18,927 nucleotides of DNA, from the NCBI GenBank assembly GCA_050293845.1, contig JBNKNM010000102.1, positions 1 through 18,927 on the forward strand, in the 5' to 3' direction. Each line of letters starts with the position of its first letter. The stretch's first letter is position 1. The notes below the pieces were generated by a model. The model saw only the letters and a program-made list of their open reading frames with translations, was not told the DNA's origin and ran no database searches. This DNA is from Pseudobacteriovorax sp. (GTDB taxonomy: Bacteria; Bdellovibrionota_B; Oligoflexia; Oligoflexales; Oligoflexaceae). A program made the translations under genes and the position numbers. Positions 7,510 to 15,864 of this stretch are shown here, in pieces.

Positions 7510-7765
7510 TCAGCCCACTAGGTACTCTGATCGTAACACATATGAAATAGGGAGTTGGGGCAAATATTTCCTAAGCTCAAGAAGCCAGATCAGGTGTAAA
7601 TCGTATGAGTTCGGGGGACATAGCTTGGTCGCAGCTGTAAAAGTCTCTTCTAGAGATGAAGCGAAAGTTCAGCTAATGTCCTCTAGTTGAATTGATGATT
7701 TTAGAAAATCCCTTCCTTTAGGTGGATGCGGCTCACCAAAGTACTTCTAGTAGGAAGTACTTTTT
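7510..7765 (+). ncRNA. Candidate structured ncRNA (family unrecognised; boundaries approximate)
   Basis: Nested stem at 7598-7701 with several G-U pairs that work only on the + strand, a second stem domain at about 7527-7593, and a downstream terminator with its longer U-tract on the + strand. Confidence 0.4.
7738..7765 (+). terminator. Intrinsic terminator, possibly bidirectional
   Basis: AAAGTACTTC-tagtag-GAAGTACTTT followed by TT. Confidence 0.7.
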
Positions 7766-7783
7766 GCATCCTGTATATTTAAT

Positions 7784-8560
7784 TTAATCCAGCAGTGGTG
7801 AGCTTACAGCCAAAAATAAAATATTGTGCTCATTTTCAATGGGGTCATTCTCAACTAAAAAATCAAAGTCTTGAAGAAGGGCTTTTAGTAGCTTCAATTC
7901 CTTTTGGATATCCATACCTAATAGGTTCTTGCCTTGAATCATAAGACAGAGGTCAATAGGTTTAATCATTGTCATATTATAACTTTGAAAAGTCCTTCGT
8001 AACTCTAAACCCCATTGGAAACCTAAAAAAGGAAACATTTCAATTAGTTTGGCAAAGCTATAGAGAAAAGCGGCCCGGTTTTCCTGCATTCCATAAATTT
8101 GTTGGGTATGATCCATGAGTTGATTTGTGAGATATCGGCGTAGCTCAGAAAATTCACCATCAATATTGCAATGTTGGGCAAGATATAGACCTTGTAGCGA
8201 GGTGAAAAGCTTTGTGTCATCGGATGGCCATCGATGTTCGTTGTAATGGTATCTAAGCAGACTAAAAAGTTTGTTTAATTCATTCTGATACTTAGTATGA
8301 TGATGAGGATTGAAGTCTAGAAGAAGTGTTAAAATTGTAGCTATTTTACCCATACAAGATTCATGTTTTAAGCAGTGCTCCAGTTTGGGTACCATGAGTT
8401 TCTGAAAGCGATAGCTGGTCTGATGGCTAATAATTTCAAGGGCTAACAGATTACTTTGGCTCCCCAGAAAAACCGACTCATTAATACGATCAAGAGTTCG
8501 AAAGCTCTTATAGTGAAACTGTTCCTCATTGGATTCCCAGTCAATAGCATGGCCTTTCAT
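7784..8560 (-). CDS. Hypothetical protein, mostly alpha-helical
   Basis: 258-aa ORF with SD GGAGG upstream; no recognisable motif. Confidence 0.7.
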   Translation of the reverse strand: MKGHAIDWESNEEQFHYKSFRTLDRINESVFLGSQSNLLALEIISHQTSYRFQKLMVPKLEHCLKHESCMGKIATILTLLLDFNPHHHTKYQNELNKLFSLLRYHYNEHRWPSDDTKLFTSLQGLYLAQHCNIDGEFSELRRYLTNQLMDHTQQIYGMQENRAAFLYSFAKLIEMFPFLGFQWGLELRRTFQSYNMTMIKPIDLCLMIQGKNLLGMDIQKELKLLKALLQDFDFLVENDPIENEHNILFLAVSSPLLD

Positions 8561-8745
8561 GGCACTTCCTCCACTCGTTACTCCTAGATTGTGCCTTCTA
8601 GGGTTTTGAATATTCGGTAATCCTATATAAATCTGTAATTGAAGGTTCCAACACCGTCAATAATAAAATGCTTTCCGAGTTCCAAACAATAGCTTACCAA
8701 TAGGTAACAAAGTTGATCCAGTTAATATAATGCTACACTGGTTTT

Positions 8746-10764
8746 TTAGATACTAGTAGTTACAACCACTTGTATCGTAGCTGTTTCAGGGAGATCTTTA
8801 GTGATGGTAATAACATGACCCTTTCGAATGAAATCTTGAAAGGGCTTATCATCAACAAATAGAGCCCAATGAGCTTGATCTGGGTTATTAATCCCATCAA
8901 AATTAAAGCTTTTATTTTCCTTGATTACATAATTATAAGAGGCAGAAATTATTTCGTCATAGCTTAATGAGCATTCTGTTTGTATTACATTGTTAATCAA
9001 AATAAACTGGCTGGCCGTACAAGTATTATTGCTTGTGCTGACATAGAGACTGCCTGCAACCGGTTGTTGAGGAAGTGTAAATTGTTGAACCTCATCGCGA
9101 AAATCCCGGTAACTAACTTCGACAGCTTGGTTTTCACTAAAATTCTCTAATGAAAATTTAAAGAACCCATCCTCTGCATAAACAGGTATTTCTTCACCAA
9201 TTTCATTGATTTCAGCGCGAAGTTCGAAAAAACTTCCTTTGGTTTCTTCGATTATGGGGTAGGACAATCGTGGGGATCCTACAGCCAAATATATGACATT
9301 AAATATCTGACCATCTTGGGGTGGTCTTTTAAAGGTCAAGGTCGTGTCGGCTGCTGAGTAACTTGCTTGTAGGCTTTGGCCATTGTTGCTTAGAACTCTG
9401 ATATCGTGCAACTCTCTGGAATCTTCTAGGTGAAACTTATGGGGTAGGTCACCGAATTTTTTGTAAATGATAGATATCCTAGCATTTTCAGGGGGGATCT
9501 TGCGGAATACCAAGTTTCTTTGTTGAACCATGTAGTCTTCTGTGGGAAAGGCTGTACCATTGACATTGATACTTATAGTATCAATGTCAGGAGTCACTTC
9601 AAGAGGAACGTGATTCACCAAAGTATTGGGACCAAATCGATAATTGACTTTGATGACAGCATTTTCAGGAGGAGCTTCCATGAAGTATATGGATTTATTA
9701 TGGACTTGATAGGTTCCTTCATATAGCTGGCCGTTTATTGTAACAACCATAGTATTGGCTAGTGGCTGGTGGGTTAGGGGAAACTGAACCTTCATGGTGT
9801 TAAACAGGTCTCGCGAGATCTTATGGAAGGTGGACTCATAACTCGCATCACAAATGGAACCGCTAGTACCATCGCTTAGCCTAACAAGTTCATGGTAAAG
9901 GTAAGCGGGACGGAAAGCAGAAGGACAGTTCGCGGTAGAGTCGCCAGGGTTCCAATAAATCCCATAGACTCTGGCATCTTCTCCTAAGTTGCGTAGCTGA
10001 TTTAAGTGCTCGCGAATATAATCAATTCCTGCGCTATCCTCATAACCTCCAGCGCAAAGGCTACCGTCGCTGCAGTTGTCTTCATCGCTCACTACTAGGA
10101 TTCCCAGGTTGGAGTTGCTGCGGAGCCATGAGGTTGAGCAGTTTAAGGCATTCGCTATTTGGGCGAATCCGCTTTCATTCCCAGATCCATTAACTCCAAT
10201 GTCTAAAATGACGTTGGAAAAAGTCGCTTCGGGATTGTTATCACCCTTTTTGATTATTTTTGTTAAGCAACCATCCTTAGGATCGGTCGTGGTGATAGCA
10301 ATGTGCCAGTCACTTTGATTTATTTTACCAAGTAAATTAGGAAGTTGCGTGGAGAGTTTGTGTTGCTCTTCTGCCATGGAGCTAGAGTTATCAATCACAA
10401 GCAAGATATCAATGATGCCATAGTTGCGTTGAAAAAAAACCTCTTCGATCTCAGTTCCCAGAGAACCTTGGACGAGGTCTTGCCGGTGCTCAGGTCTCGT
10501 GATTTGCTGGAACTGCTTTGTTATTTGCTCACTATCCCGGCTAAACTTTATGGTCTGCTTAGTAATGCGATAGTCTGGAGTGAATTCGCTAGTAGCCTGT
10601 GATTGTTCTGTAGCTTTAAATGACTTAATAATTTTAATAGGTTTTTGCATGGATTGATCTAAATTACTTACACCAGGAGAGTTTACTCTATAATCCGCAT
10701 ATTCCACATAACAAGAAGCTATAGAAAGAACAAAAAGGATAGCAATAACATAGATCCTAGGCAT
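8746..10764 (-). CDS. vWA-domain lipoprotein with C-terminal beta-rich repeats (adhesin-like)
   Basis: Lipobox IAS|C; MIDAS motif IDILLVIDNSSSM, GSGNESG and ILVVSDEDNCS; repeated F.L...P....V..NG...F...PP....I.Y units; SD GAGGAGG. Confidence 0.8.
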   Translation of the reverse strand: MPRIYVIAILFVLSIASCYVEYADYRVNSPGVSNLDQSMQKPIKIIKSFKATEQSQATSEFTPDYRITKQTIKFSRDSEQITKQFQQITRPEHRQDLVQGSLGTEIEEVFFQRNYGIIDILLVIDNSSSMAEEQHKLSTQLPNLLGKINQSDWHIAITTTDPKDGCLTKIIKKGDNNPEATFSNVILDIGVNGSGNESGFAQIANALNCSTSWLRSNSNLGILVVSDEDNCSDGSLCAGGYEDSAGIDYIREHLNQLRNLGEDARVYGIYWNPGDSTANCPSAFRPAYLYHELVRLSDGTSGSICDASYESTFHKISRDLFNTMKVQFPLTHQPLANTMVVTINGQLYEGTYQVHNKSIYFMEAPPENAVIKVNYRFGPNTLVNHVPLEVTPDIDTISINVNGTAFPTEDYMVQQRNLVFRKIPPENARISIIYKKFGDLPHKFHLEDSRELHDIRVLSNNGQSLQASYSAADTTLTFKRPPQDGQIFNVIYLAVGSPRLSYPIIEETKGSFFELRAEINEIGEEIPVYAEDGFFKFSLENFSENQAVEVSYRDFRDEVQQFTLPQQPVAGSLYVSTSNNTCTASQFILINNVIQTECSLSYDEIISASYNYVIKENKSFNFDGINNPDQAHWALFVDDKPFQDFIRKGHVITITKDLPETATIQVVVTTSI

Positions 10765-11024
10765 TAGAATTCCTCCTCAGTGATGCTCCCAAGGGCAACA
10801 CTCGGAAGAGAAAGCTTTTGTTTGATTTTTTTCCATAAAAGCAGTTCTAATAGCTTGATTTTAACTAATAAAATAATTTAGCCTCTGTTAATGCGATTCT
10901 GGTTTGATTGGATTTCAGGAATGCAAATACGTTAAGAGTCTATGGCTTCAGGAAAGTAAATATAAACTTGCTTTTTATGAAATATAACAGTTATGTCAAT
11001 AAGGCGTTGATTGCGATCTCATGC

Positions 11025-11060
11025 AAAAAAGTGCCTCCCACAAAATAGGAAGCTATTTTT
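11025..11060 (-). terminator. Intrinsic terminator of the ABC-F gene
   Basis: Minus strand GCTTCCTA-ttttg-TGGGAGGC followed by ACTTTTTT, about 30 nt after the stop. Confidence 0.7.
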
Positions 11061-11085
11061 CGCAAGTGAGATCATGAGGAAAAGC

Positions 11086-12684
11086 TTACTGGATGCTGCT
11101 TTCCAATTGCTCTAAGTAGCTGTCGTAGCTCATTTCATGGAAAGTCGTACCATTATTGGATATCTCGATGAGCCGGTTCGAAACGGTACGCGCGACTTCT
11201 TGATCGTGAGTACTAAATAGGACAGTTCCTTTGTAATCAATAAGTCCGTTATTTAGAGCTGTAATGGACTCTAAATCGAGATGGTTGGTGGGATCATCTA
11301 AGATTAAGACATTAGTATTGGCGAGCATCATCTTGGCGAGCATACAACGCACTTTTTCGCCACCGGAAAGAACTTCCGCATGTTTTTTAGTATCCTCTCC
11401 AGAGAATAGCATACGCCCGAGAAAACTGCGGATAAAGTTTTCTGATTGATCGTCTGAATACTGACGTAACCAATCGATCAAATTAAGCTTACAATCAGCA
11501 AAAAAGTGATTAAAATCTTTTGGGAAAAATGACTGGCTTGTTGTGACTCCCCATCTAAATTCACCGCTATCGGCTTCTAGCTCACCCATTAATATTTTAA
11601 AGAGCACCGTAATAGCCTGTTCATTGTCCGCAAGGAATAAAGCTTTGTCTTGCTTTTGTATTTCGAAGCTAATGTCCTTTAGTACTTGCTCACCGTCCAC
11701 CATTTTTGAAATATTCTTTACTTCTAGGAGGATGTCTCCTGCTTCACGCTCCTGATCGAATTTTACGTAGGGGTATTTCCTTGAAGATATTGGCATATCT
11801 TCAAGAGTAAGTTTTTCAAGTTGCTTGCGTCTAGCTGTCGCTTGCTTAGATTTTGCGGCATTAGCGCTAAATCGGCTTATAAATGCTTCGAGCTCCTTAG
11901 CTTTGTCCTCTTTTTTCTTATTTTCGTTGGCGCGTAACTGCTGAGCTAGCTCCGAAGATTGTTTCCAAAAATCATAGTTACCCACATAGAGGGAAACTTT
12001 ACCAAAATCGATGTCTACCATGTGCGTACAAACCTTGTTAAGAAAGTGACGATCATGGGATACAACGATGACTGTATTTTCATAGTTCAATAAGAAGTGC
12101 TCCAACCAAGTGATGGCACGGGCATCAAGGTGGTTGGTCGGCTCATCCAAGAGCAATACATCTGGTTTGCCGAACAGGGCTTGTGCTAGGAGAACTTTAA
12201 CCTTTTCACTATGCTTGAGATCTTTCATGAGTTTATGGTGAAGCGACTCTACAACTCCAATACCGCTCAGTAGCGATGCTGCATTGGACTCTGCTTCCCA
12301 ACCGTCCATTTCTGCAAACTCAGCCTCGAGTTCGGCAGCACGCACTCCGTCTGCATCGCTAAAATCAGACTTAGCGTAAAGGGCATCTTTTTCTTTAATG
12401 ACTGTCATCAGTCTTTCATTACCAAGCATGACTGTTTGCAATACCTGATCATTTTCATATTGGAAATGATCTTGTTTGAGAAATGATAATCGCAGTTTAG
12501 GTGCAATATGAATGGACCCAGAAGTGGGCTCGATTTCTCCTGACAGGATATTTAGAAATGTGGACTTTCCTGCGCCGTTAGCCCCTATAACTCCGTAGCA
12601 ATTACCGGGTGTAAACTTGATGTTTACATCTTCAAATAACTTTTTGGTACTAAAAATAAGTGAGACATCTTGGATGCTTAGCAT
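11086..12684 (-). CDS. ybiT: ABC-F family ribosome-associated ATPase (YbiT/YkpA type)
   Basis: Two ABC domains and no TM segments: GANGAGKST, LLLDEPTNHLD, VSHDRHFLN, linker FISRFSANAAKSKQATARRK and LSGGEK. Confidence 0.9.
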   Translation of the reverse strand: MLSIQDVSLIFSTKKLFEDVNIKFTPGNCYGVIGANGAGKSTFLNILSGEIEPTSGSIHIAPKLRLSFLKQDHFQYENDQVLQTVMLGNERLMTVIKEKDALYAKSDFSDADGVRAAELEAEFAEMDGWEAESNAASLLSGIGVVESLHHKLMKDLKHSEKVKVLLAQALFGKPDVLLLDEPTNHLDARAITWLEHFLLNYENTVIVVSHDRHFLNKVCTHMVDIDFGKVSLYVGNYDFWKQSSELAQQLRANENKKKEDKAKELEAFISRFSANAAKSKQATARRKQLEKLTLEDMPISSRKYPYVKFDQEREAGDILLEVKNISKMVDGEQVLKDISFEIQKQDKALFLADNEQAITVLFKILMGELEADSGEFRWGVTTSQSFFPKDFNHFFADCKLNLIDWLRQYSDDQSENFIRSFLGRMLFSGEDTKKHAEVLSGGEKVRCMLAKMMLANTNVLILDDPTNHLDLESITALNNGLIDYKGTVLFSTHDQEVARTVSNRLIEISNNGTTFHEMSYDSYLEQLESSIQ

Positions 12685-12822
12685 TTATACACAGTCCTAT
12701 GGTAAATCTTCAAAGGCTGAAAGCATACAGGAAGCAGTCAAAAATGTATATAACCTTGTTAGAAGGAGCTTTTACTCCAGAGAATAGATACTGATACTGA
12801 TGTAAAATTATTGCCTCTTTGT

Positions 12823-13764
12823 TTAGAACTGGGTTTCAACTTTAATAAGTATATCCCAAGAATCTGGATAACTTTTGGGAGCGAGATCAAGATTTAAAAC
12901 ATATGAGTGACCAGGGAAATCGGATCGGGATGATCCCTGCTGGGGTAGAACAATTCTTTTTGTTATCGTGTATTCTGGAGTTAGTAAGGCATCGAGTGAG
13001 CTGATGGCCCAAAGTCCTAAAAATCCTCCAATAGCTAATTGCTGGTAAGTTTTTTGTTTTTTACGGTAAGCACTACCTTCCGCAGCTATAATTGCTTTAA
13101 CGTCATCCTCTAAGTTTGTAGCCATTGCTGCTTTTTCGCGAGATTTAGAGTTATCAATTTTATTATTGATATAAAAAAAGTAGCTAAACGCAGATAATTG
13201 CAGGGTTCCCGATAGAGCGCCATAAAAGTATTGTCTATGCATAAACTGACCTGAGCCAAATGGTAAAAAAGCGTAGATTTTCTCCCTAGTGGTTAAAGGG
13301 CGTCTCTTTTTTACAATCCTATATCTTTTCTTTTTATTCTTCTTACTCTGACCTGTGTCGGCCTGTGATTCGTTGGGTATTTGACTGGATACTCGCATCG
13401 CTTTTATGCGATTAAAAAAAGTTATAACAGATTCGTCAAGTACTTCACCTTTAGTAATCATAATACCGGGGTTGTAGGAAAGAGCAAAATTAAAAGCTTT
13501 TGCCGATTCGTTCAAATTGCTGAGCATATAATAGACAATACCCATCAATTTGTAGATCTTGATAAGTTTCACAGGGTTTTTTTCTTGTTGGGCAGCTATA
13601 ATCAACTTATCCCTAGCACCGGTAAAATCTGTCTTGATATAGGCTTGGTAACCCTGCTCTAGGGTATTTGCTTTGATATCATTAAAGGGGATAAAAGTTA
13701 GTGTAGACACAGAGATAGTACAGTAGACTATTCGCAATATGTTTCGAACTATATAATAATACAT
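12823..13764 (-). CDS. Exported TPR-containing protein with C-terminal hydrophobic segments
   Basis: Signal-like N-terminus, TPR-like IYKLMGIVYYMLSNLNESAKAFNFALSYNP, then FLPFGSGQF and hydrophobic helices. Confidence 0.7.
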   Translation of the reverse strand: MYYYIVRNILRIVYCTISVSTLTFIPFNDIKANTLEQGYQAYIKTDFTGARDKLIIAAQQEKNPVKLIKIYKLMGIVYYMLSNLNESAKAFNFALSYNPGIMITKGEVLDESVITFFNRIKAMRVSSQIPNESQADTGQSKKNKKKRYRIVKKRRPLTTREKIYAFLPFGSGQFMHRQYFYGALSGTLQLSAFSYFFYINNKIDNSKSREKAAMATNLEDDVKAIIAAEGSAYRKKQKTYQQLAIGGFLGLWAISSLDALLTPEYTITKRIVLPQQGSSRSDFPGHSYVLNLDLAPKSYPDSWDILIKVETQF

Positions 13765-13981
13765 CTATTCATTTATCTCCCAGTTACTGCCATGCTATCG
13801 GTTCAATATTACTGTAAATTGAGTAATGTAGACATAAATCACTGATAAATGAAAGATTTTGATTAATCATTATCTCAATTGTTGCAAAGGAGAAGCGTTG
13901 AATATTTTCAATTCATCGCCCCCTAGCTTTTCATGGATTCTTAGAGCAGTTAGGTAGGTATTTTTTAATAGATGAGTGTTC

Positions 13982-15532
13982 CTAGGGGGCACCTAAAAGA
14001 TTGGCGCGAACAGCATTAAATCCTCCTATTTGTTGGCCACAAACAGTTGTTGAAGCATCCATTTCAGCACCTGATAAGGCCTGTAGATCGACGCATGCTG
14101 TTTGCAGCAAGCCACCGGCTCCATTAGCTGTGGGACAGTTCGTTTCATTGGCAACGATAGCTGTACCAAGTGGGTTGCAATTGCTATCGAAACTAGTTAA
14201 TCCATTCACCAGGAGAAGGGGGGCATAGCTTGTGACCTTATTAAAGGAAAGATCGAGTACCCTGAGGGTACTTTTTTGTGAAATCGCAGAGATATCCTCG
14301 ACTTCATTAAATTGAAAGCCAACTCCCGTTAGAAATTTAAGGTCTTCTATAGGGGAAATATCGACAACTTTGTTTAGATTGAGCACCAAACCGGTTAATG
14401 TTTTCATTTGTCTTAAAGAAGAAATATCGACAACATTATTGATAGCTAAATCCAATATGACAACTTGATCCAGGTAGGAGAATGAGCTGATGTCGCTAAC
14501 TCCATTACCCCTCATGAACAATCCTTTTAGATTTTCAAGGTAAGAGATGGGTTCTACATCAGTAATAGCGTTGAAATCAAGGCGTAACTCTTCCAAATTG
14601 ATAAGACTGGCTAGGGGCCAAATATTGGTTAGTCTGGGAGTATTAGGATCAGGTGAAAAAATATTATCGACAACTGCGATAGATAGATCTAGCGTCGTCT
14701 GGCTTGTTAAGAAGTCATTTGCTTCTTCGCAGGTGCGAAAACCTTGTTTTAATTTGTCAAGGGTCAGCTGGATATCTGCAGGCTCATTGTCGTAATTAAT
14801 GCAATAGTCATAGAAGGTACGTACCTGATTCCTTAAGTTACAGTATTCACGGATAGCAATAGAGGCATTAATATCCAGAGGGCAGTTTTGAGGGCTTTTT
14901 TCCAGCGTTGTTCCCAAAATATTATCGCGAAACTTGAATTCCACAAGGTTTTTGAGGTCCTTTAAAGTGATAATATCTGTAATTTTATTTGCTTCAAGGT
15001 TAAGGGAGAGAAGGTTATATAACTGTGATAGACTGGTCACATCTTCTATTTGGTTGAAACTCGCATCAAGGTTAGCGAGCGTAACCAAAGTCTGGACCGG
15101 AGAAATATCGACGATTTCATTATTGGATAAGTTTAAGGATGATAAATTGCGAAGTTTGCTGAGTGGTAATAGGTCTTTAATTCTGTTTTCACTTAAGTCA
15201 ATAACAGAAAGATTATCTAGGGTTTCTAAGGGAGTTAAATCCTGAATGTTGGACTGACTTAAATCTAATTCTTTTGCGTCTAATATAAGCCTGGCGAGAT
15301 CATCACAGTTAGTAGTGCCTGTTTTGTTTTGGAGAGCTACATAGGTGAAATTTGCTTCTTGCGAATTATCTGCTGCATTACATTTGGAAGCAAAAAAACT
15401 TATTTCTCGTTGAGAGGCATTACTCTCAGCATCTCTAATAATTTGTTCGACAGATGGTTCTGAATCATCACAACTGATCGTCAACAGATGTAGTATTGAA
15501 ACTAAAAATGCAATGAAAATAGATGTCTTCAT
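13982..15532 (-). CDS. Internalin-like leucine-rich repeat lipoprotein
   Basis: Lipobox TIS|C; 22-aa LxxLxLxxNxIxDIxPLxxL repeats in two blocks with Cys-containing caps. Confidence 0.9.
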   Translation of the reverse strand: MKTSIFIAFLVSILHLLTISCDDSEPSVEQIIRDAESNASQREISFFASKCNAADNSQEANFTYVALQNKTGTTNCDDLARLILDAKELDLSQSNIQDLTPLETLDNLSVIDLSENRIKDLLPLSKLRNLSSLNLSNNEIVDISPVQTLVTLANLDASFNQIEDVTSLSQLYNLLSLNLEANKITDIITLKDLKNLVEFKFRDNILGTTLEKSPQNCPLDINASIAIREYCNLRNQVRTFYDYCINYDNEPADIQLTLDKLKQGFRTCEEANDFLTSQTTLDLSIAVVDNIFSPDPNTPRLTNIWPLASLINLEELRLDFNAITDVEPISYLENLKGLFMRGNGVSDISSFSYLDQVVILDLAINNVVDISSLRQMKTLTGLVLNLNKVVDISPIEDLKFLTGVGFQFNEVEDISAISQKSTLRVLDLSFNKVTSYAPLLLVNGLTSFDSNCNPLGTAIVANETNCPTANGAGGLLQTACVDLQALSGAEMDASTTVCGQQIGGFNAVRANLLGAP

Positions 15533-15568
15533 TCAAAACCCCAGATTTTTTGTGATAAACTTCCTTCT

Positions 15569-15595
15569 TTATCGGCGATTTGATGAAAACCAGTA
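15569..15595 (-). promoter_or_regulatory. Putative sigma-28 (FliA) promoter of the LRR gene
   Basis: Minus strand TACTGGTT-N11-GCCGATAA. The -10 box equals the FliA consensus and lies 36 nt upstream of the ATG. Confidence 0.55.
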
Positions 15596-15864
15596 GGTAA
15601 TGTGTTTTTCTTAAAATATAACAGTTAAATAGTGTCATTAATAAATTTTAAGAGAGCTCACTGTAATAATCTATTAAGAAAGTATTTATAGTACGGACTA
15701 TCAGCTTTGAGTTGTAAAAGTTGCCAGGAGGCGCTGGATGACAGAAAAAATACTTTAACGATAAATTAATTAACTAACTGAATTTATTTATAAAATATTA
15801 CTTCTATCTTTTTGTTAAACTCCGTGATCCATAAGTTCGACAATTTTAGTGTTAAGCAATTACT

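Noticed and set aside
7457..7690. 77-aa + strand ORF as a protein gene
   Set aside because: TTG start, no clear SD and no motif. The region is better explained by RNA structure, though coding is not fully excluded.
11086..12684. Degenerate ABC motifs (LKHSEK signature, second Walker A LADNEQAIT) as a novelty
   Set aside because: Similar degeneracy is usual in the YbiT/YkpA ABC-F subfamily.
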